IMG/VR virus record: IMGVR_UViG_3300005512_000001
Location: 277,435 to 341,434 of that record
From: a virus
Taxonomy: Duplodnaviria > Caudoviricetes
Length of the DNA: 64,000 nt
Direction: 5' to 3' (one strand)
Shown here: positions 54,101 to 62,500 of the stretch, one piece after another
Numbering within the stretch: the first letter of the stretch is position 1
Layout: each line of letters starts with the position of its first letter
Notes under the pieces: model-generated
Databases searched by the model: none
Told to the model about the DNA's origin: nothing
What the model saw: the letters and a program-made list of their open reading frames with translations, nothing else
Program-made: the position numbers and the translations under genes

Positions 54101-54793
54101 TTATATCTCAATGATTGTTGGTTTGCCCGTCATCTTATAACTTTCATTTAATACACTCACGTTGTGGCATATAGTTGTGTTCCCGTCAGTGTATGCTATT
54201 TTGCTAAGTGCATCTGGCGATGGCGGAGTCTGTCCTGTATGAATATGCCCGTATAAATGCCGCTTTGGTCGGATTTTCATAATCTTCGCCAGTAATTTTT
54301 TGCACCCCGCACGATATACTAACTTATTACGCTCGTGGCGTTGCCAAACAGAATCGCCATGTCCATACCCCGGCCCGTGTGTTATGAGTATATCTGTGCC
54401 ATCTGGGATGGCACTCCAGTGTCTTTCGGCATAGGTTCCATCGTCGTCTTCTGGGAAGTTGAATGCCCAGTTGCAAAAGAATGGAGACCAAGGGCTTCCC
54501 CAGAATTTGACGCCCTCTATCTCAATTCCAGATTCTTCTAGGTAGTGGCAAGGTAATTTTGGCAGCATGTTTTTGGCATCGTAGAATATCCAATCGTGGT
54601 TCCCAGCAATGACGATTTTATGCTTCGCCGGGATGTTTCGCAGCCATAAGTTGAAATATCCGGCCAGCCAGTTGGCTTGGAACGCTCTCGTATGGTTGGT
54701 TGTAGGGCAGATATCACCTGCATGTATGAAGACATCGCATGCCGGAATATCCGGCAACGCCCCATGGGTGTCTGATATAGCTACGATTTTCAT
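54101..54793 (-). CDS. Metallophosphoesterase
   Basis: SDTH, HAGD, AGNHD, THGP, GHIH. Confidence 0.9.
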   Translation of the reverse strand: MKIVAISDTHGALPDIPACDVFIHAGDICPTTNHTRAFQANWLAGYFNLWLRNIPAKHKIVIAGNHDWIFYDAKNMLPKLPCHYLEESGIEIEGVKFWGSPWSPFFCNWAFNFPEDDDGTYAERHWSAIPDGTDILITHGPGYGHGDSVWQRHERNKLVYRAGCKKLLAKIMKIRPKRHLYGHIHTGQTPPSPDALSKIAYTDGNTTICHNVSVLNESYKMTGKPTIIEI

Positions 54794-54993
54794 GTTAAAC
54801 TCTTTATTGCTTTAAGGCATTCTTGATAGACCTCGGGATGCTCAATTAATTCGCCATTGTCGAACCTATAAAACCCATTTGGTTCCATATGGGCCTTAAA
54901 CCATATTGTGTCGGCTTCATCGAATACCACTAAGACAAAAGATGGTTGTCGTCTGGTGGTCTTATGTCTAACGGTGTGATGATTAAACAGCAT
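54790..54993 (-). CDS. Small hypothetical protein
   Basis: ATGA-coupled. Confidence 0.5.
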   Translation of the reverse strand: MLFNHHTVRHKTTRRQPSFVLVVFDEADTIWFKAHMEPNGFYRFDNGELIEHPEVYQECLKAIKSLT

Positions 54994-55125
54994 TTATACT
55001 TGCGTATTGGCACCCACTTCCCGCCAACATAAATATAACCGCGCCAAATTATATTATCGCCCCAGTGATGTAGGAAATAATCCAAGGACTTTGCTATTGG
55101 CGACGTAAACATAAGGTCTTTCTAA

Positions 55126-55196
55126 CGCCCCTACGGAGAGTCGAACTCCGGCTACTAGGTCGACAGCCTAGTGTGCTACCATAACACTTTAGGAGC
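55126..55196 (-). tRNA. tRNA-Asp(GTC)
   Basis: Cloverleaf, loop CT-GTC-GA. Confidence 0.85.
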
Positions 55197-55414
55197 TAAA
55201 GATTAACTTGGGCCACATCCCTCAGGCATGATGGGCCGTAAGGCGTTGCGTCTTGAAACTTGTCTTTCTAACTTTTCAACTCGTTTTAATAACTCATCTA
55301 TGACCCATAACATGTCGTCTTCTATGCCATTGATCGGGTTTTCTCTTATTTCTTTAATCGCCGCTCTTAGATTATCCACTATCGATATCCTCTCTAATAT
55401 AGGACGGTAAATAA

Positions 55415-55487
55415 TGGAGCTGGAGGGATTCAAACCCTCGACCTCTCGGGTGCAAACCGAGTGTTCTCTCAACTGAACTACAGCCCC
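55415..55487 (-). tRNA. tRNA-Ala(TGC)
   Basis: Cloverleaf with G3:U70; T-loop TTTGAAT variant. Confidence 0.85.
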
Positions 55488-55684
55488 AGGTATTCTTGCA
55501 AGCAAACTGATTGCACAATAGCAACTGGTTCGCGATCTTGTACGACAACCAACTTTTTAGTCACTGTTGCGTGGCATGTTGGGCATAATATTATCAAATT
55601 TGTTATGTTGTTATTGGAACGATCGCTATCAATGTGGTGCACCTCTAATATCTCTACGAAGTTACTACCACACCATGATGTTTC
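55478..55684 (-). pseudogene. HNH endonuclease remnant without start codon
   Basis: Reads ..ILEVHHIDSDRSNNNITNLIILCPTCH..; in-frame stop just upstream. Confidence 0.7.
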
Positions 55685-55688
55685 CTAA

Positions 55689-55775
55689 CGGAGAGAGTGG
55701 GATTCGAACCCACGGGACCTTTCGGCCCACCACCTTTCCAAGATGGCGCACTAAACCTGACTATGCGACCTCTCC
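55689..55775 (-). tRNA. tRNA-Ser(GGA)
   Basis: Cloverleaf, long variable arm. Confidence 0.9.
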
Positions 55776-55777
55776 AA

Positions 55778-56053
55778 CTAAAATGGTATATCGTCGGGCC
55801 AACCATACCCGTCATCATTGGGTTTTTCATCTGAGACAAGCTGTTCGGCGAATCGCTTTATTGCTTCTTTTGCTAATATAAAGTGCCCTAGTGGCATATT
55901 AGATGGAGTACATTTAATGGTAAAAGCATATTCAACGTTACCGAGCCACACTGTCTCGATTTCATGGCTATAACCATATTGATGCTTTCGTGGCTCGACG
56001 ATGTAGCAATCATCGTCCGAATTTATAATAATCCACGCGGGCATACCTTGCAA
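55778..56053 (-). CDS. Hypothetical protein
   Basis: Ends in SSB-like acidic tip DDIPF. Confidence 0.5.
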   Translation of the reverse strand: MQGMPAWIIINSDDDCYIVEPRKHQYGYSHEIETVWLGNVEYAFTIKCTPSNMPLGHFILAKEAIKRFAEQLVSDEKPNDDGYGWPDDIPF

Positions 56054-56220
56054 AAATAAACATCTTTATGCTCAGGGTTGTCCATATCGCGACACGATAG
56101 TTGGAACTCTATGCCTTGGTCTGTTCCTCTGCTGACAATCCTTACTATGCCGATTGCTGCAGCTTCCGAACTAAGGTCATTGGAAATTTCAGTCTTGGGA
56201 ATATTGATTGTTTTCTTCAT
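56023..56220 (-). CDS. Small hypothetical protein
   Basis: RBS GGAG. Confidence 0.5.
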   Translation of the reverse strand: MKKTINIPKTEISNDLSSEAAAIGIVRIVSRGTDQGIEFQLSCRDMDNPEHKDVYFCKVCPRGLL

Positions 56221-56423
56221 CTTCTGCTCCGACCCATGATGTTACTATGATTTTCTGCAGCCCATTTTACCATCGCTGCAATGGCATAGAATCCAATTTC
56301 TATAGATACTATCCCAGCACAATACACGCAATCCGATGTATTCTTAACTCGTAATGGGTCGACTTTTATGGTCTTTTCCATATCTTGTTTGTTTCAATAC
56401 ATTGAGGCCAGCAAATATATAAT

Positions 56424-56831
56424 ATGTTAAGAGCAGTCAGAATGAGTGTCACTAATAGCTGTGTTTACAGCAACGTCAGGATATTTATTGGTGCTGAAGT
56501 TGATATGCCCCAAATATTTAAGGGCAAAAGAGGTACTGGTTCAGTAAATCAGATTTATTTTGAGTGTCTTGATGGTAAATTTTTGTGTGATGCGGAAGAC
56601 ATCACTATTATCCAGCTTAACAATCACTCAATTGTGCCGCGCAATGCCATCGGACAGCGGATTACACGACTATCGTTAGAAGGCGATGTGGTGTATGATA
56701 ACGTGTTCTTGATTTCTGATTTATCTGGTTTGAATATCCCAGACATTTTTGGTGATGGCCAAATTGCTTTTGTTGCTAATGATGGTCTTTATATCACTAC
56801 TGATTATAAAGTCATTTTAATTCAGCTTTAA
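56424..56831 (+). CDS. Hypothetical protein
   Basis: Preceded by GCAAATATAT motif. Confidence 0.6.
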   Translation: MLRAVRMSVTNSCVYSNVRIFIGAEVDMPQIFKGKRGTGSVNQIYFECLDGKFLCDAEDITIIQLNNHSIVPRNAIGQRITRLSLEGDVVYDNVFLISDLSGLNIPDIFGDGQIAFVANDGLYITTDYKVILIQL

Positions 56832-57117
56832 TCTTAAGGTCGTAGTGGTATTTGAGATGGCAATTGCAACATAACACCGTGCATTTCTTCATTTCTCGTA
56901 TGATTGCCTCTTTACTGAATCCCTTGGCTACGGCGATTGCTATATTGAATCGTTTGGTTTTGGGATTCCGGTGATGAAATGTCAGGCATGCTGGATGGCT
57001 TTCACCACATTCTTCACAAGATAGTCTGCGTTTGTAATCGGCTAACCACTTTCTGATTGTCTTGACATCTTTTTTAGACCGTTTCTTGCTTGTGCATGGG
57101 GCATAATGCTCAATCAT
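56812..57117 (-). CDS. HNH-type endonuclease, paralog of 40164-40514
   Basis: CEECGE..CLTFHH..KCTVLCCNCH. Confidence 0.8.
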   Translation of the reverse strand: MIEHYAPCTSKKRSKKDVKTIRKWLADYKRRLSCEECGESHPACLTFHHRNPKTKRFNIAIAVAKGFSKEAIIREMKKCTVLCCNCHLKYHYDLKIKAELK

Positions 57118-57178
57118 ATCTTATATTCAATTATCATTTCGCCCTATGTCGTTTGGATATCTGTAATCCATAATGCTA

Positions 57179-57252
57179 CGTGGTCTGTTGGAATCGAACC
57201 AACCACATCGAGTTTTGGGGACTCAATCGCCTGCCTTGGAACATGAGGCCAC
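57179..57252 (-). tRNA. tRNA-Trp(CCA), C33 variant
   Basis: TTGAGT-CCCCAAA-ACTCGA, T arm, G73. Confidence 0.7.
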
Positions 57253-57254
57253 AC

Positions 57255-57328
57255 TACCCCGTACCGGATTCGAACCGGTGTCGCTGGCTTGAAGGGCCAG
57301 TATCCTAACCAGACTAGAAGAACGGGGC
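57255..57328 (-). tRNA. tRNA-Glu(TTC), C33 variant
   Basis: CTGGC-CCTTCAA-GCCAG. Confidence 0.85.
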
Positions 57329-57337
57329 GTAGAACAA

Positions 57338-57414
57338 TACCCCGGACGGGCCTCGAACCCGCAAAAATTCCGCTGTGAGAGAGCGGCGACTTTCCCTGCT
57401 TTGTCTACCGGGGC
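57338..57414 (-). tRNA. tRNA-Glu(CTC)
   Basis: Loop CT-CTC-AC; T arm. Confidence 0.8.
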
Positions 57415-57418
57415 ATGT

Positions 57419-57452
57419 GTCCTAGTGACTTTACCAATTTGTCTACTAGGAC
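57419..57452 (-). pseudogene. Mini-tRNA: acceptor stem + D arm only
   Basis: GTCCTAG-TA-GAC-AAATTGGTAAA-GTC-A-CTAGGAC. Confidence 0.6.
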
Positions 57453-57456
57453 AAGA

Positions 57457-57659
57457 CCTCTCTAACTTTTCAAAAGGAAAACTCGCTCCTAGCGAGCTGC
57501 GATTTCTCGTGTTTTCCTGCTTTCATGCTTTTGCACATCTACAAATTGAGCCTTCTGGCTCTCGCCAGAATCATATCTAGATATCTGGGAGGAGAGCCTA
57601 TACGGATGGTTCGGAATCAGCCCACTTAGGGGCCACGGTCGCGACTGCGACTGGAGAGG
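57457..57659 (-). ncRNA. Structured ncRNA candidate downstream of initiator tRNA
   Basis: CCTCTC/GAGAGG closing stem; hairpins TTCTGGC-GAGA-GCCAGAA, CTCGCT/AGCGAG within AGGAAAA/TTTTCCT. Confidence 0.5.
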
Positions 57660-57701
57660 AAGGACCAAATTGTGTTACGTTGTTCAGCATGTTCTTACCA
57701 A

Positions 57702-57775
57702 TGGCGGGAGCTGGAATCGAACCAGCGACCTCAGGGTTATGAACCCTACGAGCTACCTAACTGCTCTATCCCGCA
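57702..57775 (-). tRNA. Initiator tRNA-fMet(CAT)
   Basis: Three G-C pairs in anticodon stem; 1:72 mismatch. Confidence 0.9.
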
Positions 57776-57867
57776 ATGTTTCGTTATCTATCTTTGCTTA
57801 AATACTTAACGCTTCGATACTATTATTGCTGCACCGATATTATCACTGCACCCTGGAAACTACCTAT

Positions 57868-58302
57868 CTAAATTGGGCGATAGTTGCCGTCGTCTTGATC
57901 GTTGGATTCTACCCATTTTGAATTATAAAGAACCCACCATTGTCCATCATATCGTTTGCGATAAGCTGCCTTCATGCCTGATGGTATATGTATATAATCT
58001 ACATCTATCCCGTCGATGCGTTGTGGCTGTTGCCACCATTTTGCGAATTCTGGGTGCATATGTGAATCGACAAAGTACTCGCCGAGAGAAGATGCTGCCC
58101 ATTCGCTCTCAATGTCGTCTTTGGAGTCGGCAGTACCAGCGTCCTCATGGCTTTCATAATTGATGTATCGAGTGCCATCCGGGCGTTCCATAAGTTCATA
58201 TGAATGCCCATTTGGTGCTCCGCCGTTTATGGCTCCATCTTCGATGAGTCTGTCCTTGCCCATTCCGTTCGCAACGTCTTCTGGTCCTTGTGGGTATGGC
58301 AT
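57868..58302 (-). CDS. Hypothetical protein
   Basis: RBS AGGAG. Confidence 0.65.
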   Translation of the reverse strand: MPYPQGPEDVANGMGKDRLIEDGAINGGAPNGHSYELMERPDGTRYINYESHEDAGTADSKDDIESEWAASSLGEYFVDSHMHPEFAKWWQQPQRIDGIDVDYIHIPSGMKAAYRKRYDGQWWVLYNSKWVESNDQDDGNYRPI

Positions 58303-58311
58303 TTGTAACTC

Positions 58312-58596
58312 CTATTTCTTCTTGTGTTTTGGCCTGAATTTTTTATTTGCAGCGGCTAGTAGTGCTTCGTACGTTTCTTTCCCTAATACGTGTTTAATCT
58401 TAATCAACGTCTTGAGACTAGGCCATCTTTTGCGGCTGTTCCATCCGTTTTGCCCCAGCTTCTTGTAGCGAGAAAGTACGGAATTACGTACGCCGACCTT
58501 TTGGGCGGCCTTGCTTTGAAGACCTCCAAACTTTTTGTCTACAGACTTATTTATAGCGGTCTTAACCTGGCATTCATGAAGCATATGGATATCCAT
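58312..58596 (-). CDS. Basic hypothetical protein
   Basis: Start set at MDIHML to avoid overlap with 58634 gene. Confidence 0.55.
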   Translation of the reverse strand: MDIHMLHECQVKTAINKSVDKKFGGLQSKAAQKVGVRNSVLSRYKKLGQNGWNSRKRWPSLKTLIKIKHVLGKETYEALLAAANKKFRPKHKKK

Positions 58597-58633
58597 AATT
58601 GTATCTTTGAGCTTGAAGTAAATATAAAATAAG

Positions 58634-61600
58634 ATGGCAGAACTAACAGAAATTAACTTCCCGTCGTTTTTTATGTTTCCATACCATACAGACCGTACGG
58701 CATGGCGTCCGTTCGGCCTCCCTATGATATTGGTAGTTCCACATATGAGGGATATATCTGGAGCCCCGTTTGGCAATGCGGGCGTAAAAAGTGTGAGGAT
58801 ATCGATAGTAGATGCAGGCAAATCCCCGGTCGCGGGCCATGACCATGTTGGCATCTTTAACCCGAGCTATGAAGTTTTTGGCACTACACTTAACCAGGCC
58901 GCACTAAATAATAGAATTATAAATCTAGATAGTGTAGAATACCTGGATAGTTCTGGTGCGTCAACAACTACCAGGAATGCCGAGGATATAAAATTTACAT
59001 GTCGCGCCGGTATTATTGGTGAGGTTAAATATATTTCGCACGCCGATTATATTGATATCTCCGATGTGCAGCTTGAAGTTGAGCAGCTACCGAATGGCAG
59101 ATACTTCTTATCATATGAGGCGACTTATTATGAGAGGTCAATATCTGATAATGATGAATTGCTGTGTATCAGTGATAATGAGACTACCGCATCCTCTAGG
59201 ATGTTGATAAAACACCCAGGCGAGGCACTTCAAATGATGTTTGAGGTGACTCCTAATTTATATTTTACAAGCGATAAAAAATCAACTGACACAACTATAG
59301 AATTTTATCGGCCATTCTCGGATATCTTGCAAGATATACACGACGAGCAAGAGCTGCAGCAGCGCGTTAATTGGGTATATGATGTGTCGCCAGAGAATAT
59401 ACCATATTTAGGATTCTTGTTGGGATGGGAATTACCATATTTCCCGCAATCAGTTGACGCTCTTCGCAGAACAGTTTTACGTAACATTGTTAAATTGCAA
59501 AAACTAAAAGGTTCAAAGCGAGCAGTCCGAGAATTATTTGACTTATTTGGGTTTGCTGTTGATGTTGAGAACATATGGTGGACCCCAGATGGGGAGCAAT
59601 ATGTTGCCCCAGGCGAGGAATTAGCGACCGGCCAAGAATATGAAATCGGGTCTAGTCGCATGGTTACCACTGAGCCATTATTATTAGAATTTACCGAAGA
59701 TGGATTCGCCCAAACATCAGTGCCTATAATTCACCGTGTTGTTGGTCGGTCTATGACTGTCAGGGCATACGTTGCGGAGCGCGGGTCTAGTGCTCATACT
59801 TATCTTAGTCAAGTTGGTGTTGAATTATCAACTGACTTCGATGCATTAGATTATTCAGCACCAAATACTTGGCTAATGCTGCCAAGTACTGTTAGCCAAG
59901 TAGAGGCTGAAGATGGCCTTATTGGGTCTACTACTGCGTTAATAGGTACGGATGGTTATGTGTCTGATATAACGACCTCTGGTGACGCCCCTATTATGCA
60001 ACATGGGTTGAAGCAAGACTTCGTTGCAAATGTTTTGGACCTTAGTCTTAGCAAATACCATGATTTTACTGAAGATGAGACTGTTCTGTACATCTTTGCG
60101 ACATATGTATATGATAAAATCACTATCCCTTCTGATATGGGTGATTTGCAATCAAATAGATTTGATATTATCATCGTGGAGAAGGATGGCGAACAGGTAG
60201 ACCCGAATGTAATTACATTCCTGGTTGATTTTCTATTCAACATCAAAGCATTCCACTCGTTGTTAAGAAAAGTAATGATTACGATGTTGGCGAGTGACAC
60301 ATATCAAGTCACTGATTTTTGTGTTGGTGGTAAAGTACAACAGAGTTTGGCTAGTGATGCTGGCAAACAACAAACGCCACCAGAAGCTATTATACCAACA
60401 TCGCCAGGAGATTGTCCGCATTATACGCCCGAAGAATATGGTTTTAGAAGATGGGATATAGATTATAGAGACAGGGTGTTGGGTGACCTTGCGGCTGAAT
60501 TCAATGCTTGGGCTGCACTAGAAGCTAATTGCACCGCAAATGAAGATGGCCAAGACCGTACTAGCATCGCTAGAACACAACAAACTGAGTTAGAAGATGC
60601 TATTAGGACTGACGACGATGCGACACGGGCCACGCTGTGCGAATTAGATGGCAGCGACTATTGTTATGAGGGACGCCCCAAAGACCAGATTAGCTATCGC
60701 ATGGATTTGTCGTGCGATGAATTATGGCGGTTTAAACCGTGCGAACTTGGAATGGGTGCAGGTGTTTATTACACATACCCGTCGCCTGGTTTCTTGGGGA
60801 ATTCAATATTAAATGGCTATATTGGAATTAACGATTCTAATCCGGCTTTAATGAATTTGCTTGGGCACAAATATCGTGCATACAGTCGCACTGACCCTAA
60901 TAGCCTGCACTATTCTAATAATATCAGTTTAGATGATAGCGATGTAGAATTTAATTGGTTGGCTATTAGGCGAATATCATTAGATATCCAAAAAGACAAT
61001 TTGAACTTCCCAGGACACAGATTGCCAACTCTGGGCGCACTAGAGGCAGATTTTGTTAGCCCCACATGGCAGTTAAAACCATGGGATATTCCACTTGATT
61101 GTGACTGTCACGCGCCTAGATATGCCAATCCGTTAAATGCTAGTTTAGAATTAGACAGTACCGGCGAAGTTTTAGTCTTTGATTACCAACCATATGAATT
61201 AGATGCTAATGGGCTGACACCAGATATTTCAAGTTTATGCGAGCACGAAGTTGGTAGCGGCACTAATATTGTGTCTGAAGATGAAGTTACACATGCAATC
61301 TATATGGATATATTAGGTGGCCACCCAGCTATCACATTAGATGGTGCGGTGCAATCAACTGGTATTATCGACGTTGATAGTGTTAGGACATTTAGGTCTG
61401 CAACTGATTGTGGTAGTGGTGTAGTTGATGTCTCTGATGGCTATCCAGCATCTACAGGGTTTTTGTCTGATAGTGAAGTTGTTGATGTTATCGATTACTT
61501 CCCGTCATCATCCGATTCGGCTGCGTTAGCAAATGGGTTGGATATTCCTGCTGTCGCTACAGATTGTCGTTTACTCTTTACACTGATATCGCAAATTGCA

Positions 61601-62500
61601 GTAGACCCGGCCAGTTTTACCTATGACCTCTATAGGCATAATAGATTGGATTGTGGTTGCTTGCATATTATTTGCGGTGCTGATTCGGCCACGGTTGTTC
61701 CGCTAGACTTACTCAACCTCGAATTAGATGAATTATTTGATATGAGTTTGGATGACCTATTTGCATTAGAGATATCGCCACCCACCGTTATGGCCTGTAC
61801 AGCTGAAGAATTCTTGCAAGAATATGGCACTACAGACAATGACCAGGTTGAATATGACCAGACGATGATACTGCCGGAATTGATTGACACACCATTAGAA
61901 GGGGTAGACGACCAGAATTCGTCGTTGTTTAATCTTAGGCAGACGCTAGACGATGGCTCATGGGTGCTTGATGTGAACGGTGCAGAAGGTCCAGCACCAT
62001 GGCCAGATGAAGGGTCTTTCTCATTTAAAGACGATTATGGCGTTATCTATGAAACATATTGGGAAACAATCAGCAGTTATCTGGATATAATTACGATTAA
62101 GAAGGAGCCGAGAGTATGGGGTGTGTCTGAAAATGCTGGGCGGCTAGTAAATAGAGAAGTTTATAGGACTGGTATTATCACTACTGCTCGCCAAATCTTT
62201 ATAAATATCCAAGATGTTTGGCAATTGGCCGCTGAAGTTTCTGAACAGAAAATCGGCGAATTCAAGTCTACATATCTGTGCAATCCGCCATTTACTGACC
62301 CATTTATATTGCACCTTAATCATAATTTGCAAGACCTGGTAGGTTGGGCAGTGACATGTGGCTCACACTGGACTGACCCATCGGAAGATTCATCAGAAAA
62401 TGTCGTCTGGACTGGTATATCGGGTCCGGGTGGAGCCGCACAACCACTCATATGGATTGATATTTTTGGTGACCACGATTTGACTGCAGTTTGTGGTTGA
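58634..62500 (+). CDS. Large baseplate/tail protein with P2 gpI-like domain
   Basis: ENIPYLGFLLGWEL..RRTVLRNIVKLQKLKGSKRAVRELFDLFG; acidic, Cys-rich C-terminal half. Confidence 0.7.
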   Translation: MAELTEINFPSFFMFPYHTDRTAWRPFGLPMILVVPHMRDISGAPFGNAGVKSVRISIVDAGKSPVAGHDHVGIFNPSYEVFGTTLNQAALNNRIINLDSVEYLDSSGASTTTRNAEDIKFTCRAGIIGEVKYISHADYIDISDVQLEVEQLPNGRYFLSYEATYYERSISDNDELLCISDNETTASSRMLIKHPGEALQMMFEVTPNLYFTSDKKSTDTTIEFYRPFSDILQDIHDEQELQQRVNWVYDVSPENIPYLGFLLGWELPYFPQSVDALRRTVLRNIVKLQKLKGSKRAVRELFDLFGFAVDVENIWWTPDGEQYVAPGEELATGQEYEIGSSRMVTTEPLLLEFTEDGFAQTSVPIIHRVVGRSMTVRAYVAERGSSAHTYLSQVGVELSTDFDALDYSAPNTWLMLPSTVSQVEAEDGLIGSTTALIGTDGYVSDITTSGDAPIMQHGLKQDFVANVLDLSLSKYHDFTEDETVLYIFATYVYDKITIPSDMGDLQSNRFDIIIVEKDGEQVDPNVITFLVDFLFNIKAFHSLLRKVMITMLASDTYQVTDFCVGGKVQQSLASDAGKQQTPPEAIIPTSPGDCPHYTPEEYGFRRWDIDYRDRVLGDLAAEFNAWAALEANCTANEDGQDRTSIARTQQTELEDAIRTDDDATRATLCELDGSDYCYEGRPKDQISYRMDLSCDELWRFKPCELGMGAGVYYTYPSPGFLGNSILNGYIGINDSNPALMNLLGHKYRAYSRTDPNSLHYSNNISLDDSDVEFNWLAIRRISLDIQKDNLNFPGHRLPTLGALEADFVSPTWQLKPWDIPLDCDCHAPRYANPLNASLELDSTGEVLVFDYQPYELDANGLTPDISSLCEHEVGSGTNIVSEDEVTHAIYMDILGGHPAITLDGAVQSTGIIDVDSVRTFRSATDCGSGVVDVSDGYPASTGFLSDSEVVDVIDYFPSSSDSAALANGLDIPAVATDCRLLFTLISQIAVDPASFTYDLYRHNRLDCGCLHIICGADSATVVPLDLLNLELDELFDMSLDDLFALEISPPTVMACTAEEFLQEYGTTDNDQVEYDQTMILPELIDTPLEGVDDQNSSLFNLRQTLDDGSWVLDVNGAEGPAPWPDEGSFSFKDDYGVIYETYWETISSYLDIITIKKEPRVWGVSENAGRLVNREVYRTGIITTARQIFINIQDVWQLAAEVSEQKIGEFKSTYLCNPPFTDPFILHLNHNLQDLVGWAVTCGSHWTDPSEDSSENVVWTGISGPGGAAQPLIWIDIFGDHDLTAVCG

